From Candidatus Hydrogenedentota bacterium (GTDB taxonomy: Bacteria; Hydrogenedentota; Hydrogenedentia; Hydrogenedentales; SLHB01), in NCBI GenBank assembly GCA_034408725.1, contig JAWXCN010000098.1:1-64000 (forward strand): a stretch of DNA of 64,000 nucleotides, in the 5' to 3' direction. How positions within the stretch are numbered: position 1 is the stretch's first letter; each line of letters begins with the position of its first letter. Under the pieces are notes generated by a model, which worked only from the letters and a program-made list of their open reading frames with translations, was not told the origin of the DNA and did no database searches. Positions 9,038 to 17,555 of the stretch are shown piece by piece. A program made the position numbers and the translations under genes.

Positions 9038-10957
9038 ATGGAGTCCGCTAACGAACAACCGATACCGGAGCCGTCGCGCAGAACTTCCTATGCGCTGCTC
9101 GCGGTCGTGGCTGCACTCACCTTCCTCGTATACGCGCAAACCGTCCAGTTCGACTTCGTCACGTACGACGACGGCGTATACGTCACCGAAAGCAGCCGGG
9201 TAAAAGGCGGCATTTCCACGGAAGGCATCAGATACGCCTTCACCACTGGTGAGACCGGCACATGGCAGCCACTTACGCTGATCTCGCACATGATCGACTG
9301 CACCGTGTTTGGCATGCGGCCCGGCGGACACCACCTCACTAATGTCCTTTTACATGCCGCGAACACGTTTCTCCTGGGGTTCGTGCTGTTACGCATGACG
9401 GGGTGTGCAGGCGCAAGTGTGTTTGTGGCCGCGGTCTTCGGACTACACCCCGCGCACGTCGAGAGCGTGGCCTGGATTTCTGAACGCAAGGACGTTCTCA
9501 GCACATTTTTTTTCATGGCCACATTGCTCGCGTATGCGCGCTGGGCGGAAACCCTTCACATGAGGTGGCTGGGCATTACCAGTTTGTGCATGGCGGCCGG
9601 TCTCCTCGCCAAACCCATGCTCGTGACATTGCCGTTCGTGTTGTTGCTTCTCGATTACTGGCCGTTGAACCGCGTCTGGTGCGAACGCCGAATCCGGTGC
9701 CTAACATTGCTTTTGCTTGAAAAAATACCGCTGTTCATTCTCGCCGCGTGCGCGTCCCTTGCCACCCTTGTCGTCCAGCGCAACGCGCAGGCGATGAGTT
9801 CGTGGGAGGCGCTGCCGTTGGGGATGCGCCTGGAAAATGCGGTGATGGCCAACGTCCGGTACATCGGAAAAACGCTGTGGCCAGTAGACTTCGCGATGTT
9901 CTATCCGCATCCGCTGGGAACAACCGACGCATGGCAACTTGCGATTGCACTGGGAATTCTGATTGCAATCACGGTTTTTGCGATAGTTGTGCGCAATCGC
10001 GCGCCGTTCGTCTTGGTCGGGTGGCTGTGGTATCTCGGCGCCTTATTGCCGGTCATCGGTATCGTTCAAGTTGGAATACACGCCATCGCGGATCGATATA
10101 CCTACATACCCATGATCGGCCTGTCAATCATGGTTGCATTCGCCGGGAGGGCGCGCGTCCTCCCGCGCTCTGAGTCAGCAGCCTATTGCGGCGATGGAAC
10201 CGAACGCGTCCCCGAGGGTCTTGAGTCAGACGGCGGCATTGAAGTATCCAAGCGCGCGGGGACGCGCGCCCTCCCGCTTGCTTGCGTTGTCGTCATTTGT
10301 CTGCTGGCCGTCCTGACCTGGCGGCAGGTGGGCGTTTGGCGCAACTCTGAAACCCTCTACCGGCACACCCTGGAAATCATGCCCAACAACCCCGTCGCAA
10401 ACATGGGACTTGGCCTGTATCTCGTCGATGTTTCACGGGATGCGGAAGCGATCCCCCATCTTGAACTTGCCGTCGCCGCAAAACACCGCCTATCAGACGC
10501 GCATTATCATCTCGGTCTGGCCTATCAACACCTGGGCGAATTTGAGCGCGCGCGCGAGCACTATGAAACCGCTCTCGCGGCCGATGCATCGAGCAGCCGC
10601 GCCTGGAACAATCTTGGGGTGACGCTCGACGCGCTGCAGCGATACGGCAAAGCGGAACAAGCGTTTCAACACGCAATCGAAAGGGACCTCTTCAACCACG
10701 AGGCGAACTACAATCTGGGCGCGCTTCGTATCAAGCTGCGCCGCCCGGTCGAGGCTGAAGCGCTGGCGCGCGACGTGATTGTTCGCAGTCCGAACGTCGC
10801 AAGGTACCATCTGCTGCTCGCGCTCGCGCTTTTCGCGCAGGGCAACAATGCCGGGGCCCTCGATTCGCTCCAGGAAACACTGCGCATCGATCCCGCAAAT
10901 ACAGTCGCGCGGCAGTTGCGGGCTACGCTGCTTAGAACCGTGACCAAATCACCTTAG
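9038..10957 (+). CDS. TMTC-like multi-pass membrane protein (GT-C) with C-terminal TPR repeats
   Basis: FVTYDD luminal motif, HPAHVESVAWISERKD, ADRYTY, WRNSETL then TPRs; start moved to ATG 9038 after the upstream stop. Confidence 0.85.
   Translation: MESANEQPIPEPSRRTSYALLAVVAALTFLVYAQTVQFDFVTYDDGVYVTESSRVKGGISTEGIRYAFTTGETGTWQPLTLISHMIDCTVFGMRPGGHHLTNVLLHAANTFLLGFVLLRMTGCAGASVFVAAVFGLHPAHVESVAWISERKDVLSTFFFMATLLAYARWAETLHMRWLGITSLCMAAGLLAKPMLVTLPFVLLLLDYWPLNRVWCERRIRCLTLLLLEKIPLFILAACASLATLVVQRNAQAMSSWEALPLGMRLENAVMANVRYIGKTLWPVDFAMFYPHPLGTTDAWQLAIALGILIAITVFAIVVRNRAPFVLVGWLWYLGALLPVIGIVQVGIHAIADRYTYIPMIGLSIMVAFAGRARVLPRSESAAYCGDGTERVPEGLESDGGIEVSKRAGTRALPLACVVVICLLAVLTWRQVGVWRNSETLYRHTLEIMPNNPVANMGLGLYLVDVSRDAEAIPHLELAVAAKHRLSDAHYHLGLAYQHLGEFERAREHYETALAADASSSRAWNNLGVTLDALQRYGKAEQAFQHAIERDLFNHEANYNLGALRIKLRRPVEAEALARDVIVRSPNVARYHLLLALALFAQGNNAGALDSLQETLRIDPANTVARQLRATLLRTVTKSP
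10144..10276. repeat. Repeat family C doublet (CGGGAGGGCGCGCGTCC...GGACGCGCGCCCTCCCG) inside the CDS
   Basis: 25-bp inverted ends at 10144-10168 and 10252-10276; homologous intergenic copies at 19256-19440. Confidence 0.85.
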
Positions 10958-11073
10958 CCCCACGGATTGCAGTAAACTGGAAAAGCATGGGGTATCGAAT
11001 AGTATGATTACCCGGGCGCGAAATGAAATCATCAATTCGGAGCACGCAACGCGTGCGTGAGGAGATTCAGGAA

Positions 11074-12513
11074 ATGGCGAAGAGGGACGATGTAACCCGT
11101 AGGGACTTTATCCGCGGGGCCGCGCATGCCGCGGCGGGCGTGACCGCGGCGTCGGCAGTTACACAGACAGCCAAGGCAGACGTCTACAAACGCATCCTGC
11201 CGCAGACCATCATCGGCGCGAACGAAAAAATACTCACCGGGCACATTGGCCTGGGCGGCATGGGCACGCGCAACATGCAAATCGTGATGTCGCGCGACGA
11301 TATTCAGCCTATCGCCCTCTGCGATCTGTTTCCAAACTATACGAACCGCATGATTGGGCTGGTCGAATCCAAGTACCCGAAACCCACGCTCGTGACGACC
11401 AAGTTCGAGGAAGTTATTGCCAACAAGGACGTGGATGCAGTCGTAATCGTGACGCCGGACCATTGGCACTCCGTGCCAACTTTGATGGCCATCGACGCAG
11501 GCAAGGACGTTTACTGCGAGAAGCCGCTTTGCGCGACGATTGAAGAAGCTATTGTCGTGCGCGACAAGATAAAGGGTTCAAAGCAGGTCTATCAGTCCGG
11601 CACGATCCAGCGCAGCGGAAAGTATTTTCAGGAAGCCGTAGACATGATCCAGAACGGCTACATCGGCAAGGTTGGCCGCGTCGAGTGCTGGAACAACGAC
11701 GAGAGCACCATCGAAGGCATCGGAAACCCCACCGATCCAAAACCCGAATGGCTGGATTGGGACCGGTACGTCGGTTGGACGCCAAAAGTCGATTACAATA
11801 AAAACCGGTACATCTACAATTTCCGCTGGTTCACGGATTATTCCGGCGGCAAGATTACGGATTGGGGCACACACCTGCTCGATATCGCAATCTGGGCAAT
11901 GGGCCAGGAAAAGGCCCCGAAAAAAATCACGGCGTCCGGCGGCAACCTGATCCTCACCGACAACCGCACGACACCCGATACTATCGACGTTTTCTGGGAG
12001 TTTGACGACTACGTGCTCAGCTTCTCGAACCGCGCGTGGAACCCTGATTGGTGGACGGAAGAAGCCGGAGAGAAGGTCGGAGAAAAGGTGCTCCCAAGTC
12101 CCGGTCACGGCATTATGTTCCACGGCACACTTGGCAGCATGCGCGTCGACCGTAAAGGCTACATTGTCTATCCCTTCGGAGCGAACAGCAAGATTGGCAA
12201 GGCCGAACCCGTGGTAAAGCGCGATGCGCTCGAAGGCGACATGAACGCCGCGCACTGGCAAAATTTTGTGGATTGCGTTCACTCGCGCCAAGCGCCCATT
12301 TGCAATGTTGATGTCGCGTTTCAGACAGCGCTGATATGCCTTACCGGCAAGTGTACGTACCTCGCAGACGCAAAGCTCGGCTGGGATGCTGCCTCCCTGA
12401 AATTCACGGGCAAGGACGCGGACGCCGTGAAGATTGCAAACGAATGGGCGTATCGCCCGTATGAGAACGGTTGGTCGTTGAAGGCACCGTATTATGAAGG
12501 TTGGACGGCCTAA
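11074..12513 (+). CDS. Tat-exported Gfo/Idh/MocA oxidoreductase
   Basis: TRRDF Tat motif, IGLGGMG, TPDHWH, YCEKP, DWGTHLLD. Confidence 0.92.
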   Translation: MAKRDDVTRRDFIRGAAHAAAGVTAASAVTQTAKADVYKRILPQTIIGANEKILTGHIGLGGMGTRNMQIVMSRDDIQPIALCDLFPNYTNRMIGLVESKYPKPTLVTTKFEEVIANKDVDAVVIVTPDHWHSVPTLMAIDAGKDVYCEKPLCATIEEAIVVRDKIKGSKQVYQSGTIQRSGKYFQEAVDMIQNGYIGKVGRVECWNNDESTIEGIGNPTDPKPEWLDWDRYVGWTPKVDYNKNRYIYNFRWFTDYSGGKITDWGTHLLDIAIWAMGQEKAPKKITASGGNLILTDNRTTPDTIDVFWEFDDYVLSFSNRAWNPDWWTEEAGEKVGEKVLPSPGHGIMFHGTLGSMRVDRKGYIVYPFGANSKIGKAEPVVKRDALEGDMNAAHWQNFVDCVHSRQAPICNVDVAFQTALICLTGKCTYLADAKLGWDAASLKFTGKDADAVKIANEWAYRPYENGWSLKAPYYEGWTA

Positions 12514-12558
12514 TCCGCCGAACGAGAAACTGCGGCTAACATGCTTATGCGGAGAACA

Positions 12559-13296
12559 ATGATGAAAACTATTACGATACTACTCGCGTCGATTGCGGCG
12601 TTCGCTGTTGTCGCCGAATCACCTGCGCCCGCAGATGCTACGGGCAAATTGTCCGCCGCGGAACAGGCAGAAGGTTTCAAGGCGTTATTCAACGAAAAAG
12701 ACCTTGATGGCTGGTGGATTCGCGGCGAGAACAAGAAAGCCTATGTCGTGAACGACGGCGCTATCCTCGTCACCGGCGAAAAAGATGGCGATTGGCTCTT
12801 CACCAACGGCGAGTACGACGACTTCGTGCTGCGCTACGAATACCGTTGCGTTGCGGGTGAAGGAAATTCCGGCGTCGGCATTCGCGCGACGAAAGACGGC
12901 AACCCGGCGTTTCAGGGCATGGAGATTCAGGTCCTGCGACCCGGTTGGGAAACGCCATATCAGCGATCGGGTTCGCTGTACCATACCGTCGCGCCCACTG
13001 TCGAAGCCGACAAGAAATTCGGCGAGTGGAACAGCGTCGAAGTGCTGGCCCACGGCCCGCATATCCGCACGACGATGAATGGCAAAGTGATCTACGACAT
13101 CCAGATGACCGACTTCACGAAAGAGAAAATAGAGAAGGAAAAAGTGCCGGACGATTGGCGTAAACCGCTTGATGATCGTCCCGCGAAGGGCCATATTGGA
13201 CTTCAGAACCACGAAGACCAAGTCGCATTCCGCAACATTCGTATCAAACTATTGCCCGGTGCGGATGCCGCATCCACGAAGAAGGCGGGAAAGTAA
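12559..13296 (+). CDS. DUF1080 (3-keto-disaccharide hydrolase family) secreted protein
   Basis: Signal peptide, GFKALFN..DLDGW, GNSGV, MEIQV, GEWN..EV, GHIGLQNH..VAFRNI. Confidence 0.9.
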   Translation: MMKTITILLASIAAFAVVAESPAPADATGKLSAAEQAEGFKALFNEKDLDGWWIRGENKKAYVVNDGAILVTGEKDGDWLFTNGEYDDFVLRYEYRCVAGEGNSGVGIRATKDGNPAFQGMEIQVLRPGWETPYQRSGSLYHTVAPTVEADKKFGEWNSVEVLAHGPHIRTTMNGKVIYDIQMTDFTKEKIEKEKVPDDWRKPLDDRPAKGHIGLQNHEDQVAFRNIRIKLLPGADAASTKKAGK

Positions 13297-13303
13297 AACC
13301 GCT

Positions 13304-13807
13304 ATGAACCGCCGCGTTTTTATATCCAGAATCGGCATCGCTTTTGGCGCGTTTGCAATTCCGCAAGGGGTGCTCGCTCGGCCGATAGACGACCGCTGGC
13401 GCGCAGCGCGTGATCTCATAACCTCCGGCGTGGTCGGCAGTGTTCGATCCGCGAGCGCGATTCTTTCGGTTTCTGGCGCGCCACGAATCATGCGCGCCTT
13501 GCCCGGAAACTCGGAATCAGCGCCTGCCGAAGTATGCGAAATCTTGCAAGCATTTATGTATGCCGTAGGTGATAACCACGTGGCCCGGCTCACTACGGAC
13601 TTCTCGACGGGCAACTTCACGATGACCTGCCGTCTCCACAGTGGAGCACATATCGCAATAGCGCGTGTGAGCCGCCCGAGCACAACGCCCCCATCCATCC
13701 GGTGCGCGAAGGGGACCGTTCATATCCACCCAGATCGCATGGATTTGGAAGTCGATGGCCGTTGGTATGCTCCGCGCGATCTCAATACTGGCACAGCGCG
13801 TTCTTGA
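13304..13807 (+). CDS. Hypothetical protein with Tat-like signal and partial Gfo/Idh/MocA C-terminal similarity
   Basis: MNRRVF leader, then AARDLITSGVVGSVR resembling the post-Rossmann helix of Gfo/Idh/MocA proteins. Confidence 0.55.
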   Translation: MNRRVFISRIGIAFGAFAIPQGVLARPIDDRWRAARDLITSGVVGSVRSASAILSVSGAPRIMRALPGNSESAPAEVCEILQAFMYAVGDNHVARLTTDFSTGNFTMTCRLHSGAHIAIARVSRPSTTPPSIRCAKGTVHIHPDRMDLEVDGRWYAPRDLNTGTARS

Positions 13808-13874
13808 TGAATTATCCGAACGCTTCCGTCCCCGATACACGACGGTTTCCGGATGAACCTTCGGGAAGTTATTC

Positions 13875-14591
13875 GTGACGGTTCCAATCCAACTGGACAT
13901 GCTCCCGCAACCGGATGAAATTACCTGCGGGGCTACCTGTCTGCATGCCCTGTACAATTTCTACGGGGATCTCGTTCCACTCTCGCGGGTAATCGACGAA
14001 GTGCCATCGCTGGACGAGGGCGGCACACTCGGAGCCTACCTCGGCGCGCACGCGCTTAAGCGCGGGTACGCCGCGACAATCTACACCTATAATCTCCGTG
14101 TATTCGATCCCACCTGGTTCGAATCAAAAATAATAGACATTGCGGAAAAACTCGACGCGCGCATGGATTACAAGCGCACCGCCACCAAACTCCAGCGGGC
14201 GTGTCAGGCGTACATCGATTTTCTAAAGCTCGGGGGCGAGATTCGTTTTGAAGACCTCACCGGCGATCTCATCGGCGCGCATTTGCGCAACGCATTGCCA
14301 ATCATCACCGGCTTGAGCTCCACGTATCTGTACCGGTGCGCGCGGGAAATGCCGGACGCCGAATACGACGACGTACGTGGCGATTCCCAGGGCCATTTCG
14401 TTGTGCTCTGCGGATACAACCCGGAATCGCGCGACGTCGTCATCACTGACCCGTTGCAACCCAATCCGATAAACGAGGGAATGGTCTACTCTGTCGATAT
14501 CGATCGCGCGATTTGCTCGATTCTTCTCGGTGTGCTTACATATGATGCGAACCTCTTAATCATCGAACCCAGAAAGAAGCGCGGACGCTGA
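13875..14591 (+). CDS. Peptidase C39-like papain-fold protein
   Basis: QPDEITCGATCL (Gln/Cys), GHFVVL (His), ITDP (Asp); GTG start. Confidence 0.85.
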   Translation: MTVPIQLDMLPQPDEITCGATCLHALYNFYGDLVPLSRVIDEVPSLDEGGTLGAYLGAHALKRGYAATIYTYNLRVFDPTWFESKIIDIAEKLDARMDYKRTATKLQRACQAYIDFLKLGGEIRFEDLTGDLIGAHLRNALPIITGLSSTYLYRCAREMPDAEYDDVRGDSQGHFVVLCGYNPESRDVVITDPLQPNPINEGMVYSVDIDRAICSILLGVLTYDANLLIIEPRKKRGR

Positions 14592-14595
14592 CCCA

Positions 14596-16071
14596 ATGTC
14601 AGTCCTTATCGTTGTCAACCGGCCACAACATTGGCCGCTGGATGTTAAAGTGGGGGAGGTGGTCGCGGCCCGCGACTACCTGACTAACCCAAAGTATTAT
14701 CGCTTGCGCGGCGCACGCGTGTTCAATCTGTGCCGCTCGTACCGATACCAAAGCACGGGCTACTACGTTTCGCTTCTCGCCACCGCTCGGGGTCACAAAC
14801 CCCTCCCCAGCATAGAAACCATCCAGGACCTCAAGTCCGCCGCGATCATCCGTCTCGCATCGGACGAACTCGAGGAATTAATCGAGGCGAGCCTGAAACC
14901 GATCCACTCGCACGAATTTACCCTGAGCGTATACTTTGGCCGAAACATGGCCCGCCGCTACGACAAGCTCTGCGCGTATATCTTCCGCTTATTCCAATCG
15001 CCATTCATGCGCGCGCGCTTCGTCAATGATCCCGAAGACGGCTGGCAACTTGCCAGTCTTCGGACAATTTCGGCAAATGAAATACCAGAAGACCACCATG
15101 AATTCGTCGTGGAAGTCACACAAGATTACTTCGGTACTGCGCGCACAAAAACGCCAGGCCGCACATCGGCCCGCTACGACATCGCAATTCTGCACAACCC
15201 CGCCGAGTCCGATCCACCCTCGAACGAGCGCGCACTGGAAAAATTCATCAAGGCCGCCAAGAAACTGGATATGGACGCCGAACTGGTGGAGAAGGACGAC
15301 TACGGCAGCCTGCCGCAGTACGATGGCCTGTTCATCCGCGAAACAACGAGCGTAGACCATCACACCTACCGTTGGTCGCGGCGCGCAATGGCCGAAGGCA
15401 TGGTCGTTATCGATGATCCGAATTCAATCGTTAAATGCGGCAACAAGGTCTACCTCGCCGAACTGCTGGACCTGCACCGCGTGCGCGTTCCAAAAACGTT
15501 GATCGTACACAAGGCCAATCAGGAAGAGGTCCTGCACTCTATCGGACTGCCCTGCATTCTCAAACAACCTGACAGCTCGTTTTCGCAAGGCGTACACAAG
15601 GCCACAACCGATACCGAATTGCACGAGATTCTCGAAAACCTGCTCGACGAATCCGATTTGGTTATCGCACAGGAGTTCCTTCCAACCGACTACGATTGGC
15701 GCATCGGCGTGCTTGATGGCAAACCCCTCCATGCCTGCCGCTACTACATGGCCGAAAAACATTGGCAGATTCAGCGGAAAGATCACCACGGCAAAACGCA
15801 TTACGGCAAGGTCGACACTATTCCCGTGGAAGACGCGCCTGAATCCGTCGTGGCTACCGCATTGCGCGCGTGCAAACTGATCGGCGATGGGTTCTACGGA
15901 GTGGACCTCAAGGAAAGCGGACGCCGCACCTACGTTATCGAAGTGAACGACAATCCCAGCATCGAGGCCGGCTTCGAGGACCGAATTCTTAAAGACGACC
16001 TCTACCTCCGGCTTATGGAAGTTTTCCTGAAGCGCATCGAAGTGCGCAAGGAAGCGCGCGACGACAAATGA
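14596..16071 (+). CDS. RimK-family ATP-grasp ligase with N-terminal RLAN-type domain
   Basis: NLCRSYRYQSTGYYVSLLA.ARGH N-domain; LFIRETT, KQPDSSFS.GV, QEFLPT, YGVDLK, EVNDNP. Confidence 0.9.
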   Translation: MSVLIVVNRPQHWPLDVKVGEVVAARDYLTNPKYYRLRGARVFNLCRSYRYQSTGYYVSLLATARGHKPLPSIETIQDLKSAAIIRLASDELEELIEASLKPIHSHEFTLSVYFGRNMARRYDKLCAYIFRLFQSPFMRARFVNDPEDGWQLASLRTISANEIPEDHHEFVVEVTQDYFGTARTKTPGRTSARYDIAILHNPAESDPPSNERALEKFIKAAKKLDMDAELVEKDDYGSLPQYDGLFIRETTSVDHHTYRWSRRAMAEGMVVIDDPNSIVKCGNKVYLAELLDLHRVRVPKTLIVHKANQEEVLHSIGLPCILKQPDSSFSQGVHKATTDTELHEILENLLDESDLVIAQEFLPTDYDWRIGVLDGKPLHACRYYMAEKHWQIQRKDHHGKTHYGKVDTIPVEDAPESVVATALRACKLIGDGFYGVDLKESGRRTYVIEVNDNPSIEAGFEDRILKDDLYLRLMEVFLKRIEVRKEARDDK

Positions 16072-17315
16072 CCACGCCGGTTTCCTACCATCTGTTCGAG
16101 CGATACGGAATCGAACTCGAATACATGATCGTCGACGCGGATACGCTCGACGTCCTGCCTGTGACGGACGATGTGCTCAAATCCGTCGCCGGAGAATACA
16201 CGAATGAAGTCGAGCGCGGCCCTGTGACGTGGTCGAACGAGTTGGTGCTGCACGTTATCGAACTGAAAGCGACAACACCGCTGGAAACCATCCACGGCGT
16301 TCATCATGCCTATCAGGAAAACGTGCGCGCACTGAATGCGCTACTTGCTCAGCGCGGCGCGCGGTTGATGCCGACCGCCATGCACCCGTGGATGGACCCG
16401 TTCACTGAAACGCGGTTGTGGCCGCATGATAACAATGAAATTTACGATGCGTTTAACGCGGTCTTCGATTGTCGCGGGCATGGTTGGTCGAACCTGCAAA
16501 GCGTTCATCTCAACCTCCCGTTTGCAAACGACGATGAGTTTGCGCGCTTGCACGCAGCCATTCGCATTTTAATGCCGATTATGCCGGCGCTGGCGGCAAG
16601 CTCGCCGATTATCTCGCTGCGCGCAACCGGCCTTCTCGATAACCGCATGGAAGTTTATCGCACCAACAGCACCCGTATTCCGTCTGTCGCGGGATACATC
16701 ATTCCAGAACAGGTGTTCAGCGCGGAGGCTTATCGTTGCGATGTCCTCGATCGTATTTACGCCGACCTGGCGCCCTACGATTCCCGCGGGATTCTTCAGG
16801 AAGAATGGGTGAATGCGCGCGGAGCAATTGCGCGCTTCGATCGCAACACGATCGAGGTGCGTGTGCTCGACGTGCAAGAGTGCCCCGCTGCCGATTTAGC
16901 GATTGTGAACGCAATAACAGCCGTGTTGCAGAGACTTTGTGAAGAACGATGGATGTCCTTCGATCAGCAGAAGCAATGGTCTACCAGCATGTTGCACCAA
17001 ATTCTTTTGGATGTCATCCGCGGCGGCGAAAATACCGTCATCGCAAACGAAGAATACGCGCGCGCGTTCGGGCTAAAAGGCAACCCGGCCGCCGGAGAAA
17101 TTTGGCGCGCACTGGCAACGGATTGTGAAGACTCGATGGCCCAATCCCCGCTGGTCGTGCAACATGCATTCGCAACGATCCTGGCGCATGGCTCCCTCTC
17201 GACGCGTATCCTGCGCGCGCTGGCCGGCGACACTTCTCACGCCAACGTGAAGGGTGTGTACGCGCGGCTCTGCGACTGTCTCAACGAAGGCCGAATGTTC
17301 ACCGCTTGGGGATGA
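16068..17315 (+). CDS. Glutamate-cysteine ligase family 2 (GCS2 / carboxylate-amine ligase)
   Basis: GIELEYMIVD, SNELVLHVIEL, MHPWM, SVHLNL, NARGAIARFDRNTIEVR; overlaps the RimK stop (ATGA). Confidence 0.9.
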   Translation: MTTPVSYHLFERYGIELEYMIVDADTLDVLPVTDDVLKSVAGEYTNEVERGPVTWSNELVLHVIELKATTPLETIHGVHHAYQENVRALNALLAQRGARLMPTAMHPWMDPFTETRLWPHDNNEIYDAFNAVFDCRGHGWSNLQSVHLNLPFANDDEFARLHAAIRILMPIMPALAASSPIISLRATGLLDNRMEVYRTNSTRIPSVAGYIIPEQVFSAEAYRCDVLDRIYADLAPYDSRGILQEEWVNARGAIARFDRNTIEVRVLDVQECPAADLAIVNAITAVLQRLCEERWMSFDQQKQWSTSMLHQILLDVIRGGENTVIANEEYARAFGLKGNPAAGEIWRALATDCEDSMAQSPLVVQHAFATILAHGSLSTRILRALAGDTSHANVKGVYARLCDCLNEGRMFTAWG

Positions 17316-17390
17316 TTCTGCAAAAGGGGGCAGCCACGCGTAAAGGCGACATCCACCGCCAGCCGTAAAGGCAGGCACCCGCAATGGAAA

Positions 17391-17436
17391 GGGGACAGCC
17401 ACCGCCAGCCAAAACGCGCTGCCGGTGACAGTCCCC
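17391..17436. repeat. Dispersed 46-bp palindromic repeat family B (GGGGACAGYCACC...GGTGRCWGTCCCC)
   Basis: Same-length copies at 44242-44287, 49372-49417, 50672-50717; related ends at 56688-56706 and 56767-56776. Confidence 0.9.
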
Positions 17437-17555
17437 AGGCCGGACAGTCCCCAGCGCGCTGCTCCTTCAGACCAACTAGGTCCGCTTCCTTCTTAAGTCC
17501 CCGTCCTTCTTAAGTCCCCCTTTGAAGGGGGATTCAGGGGGATGTAGTTCTCCGG

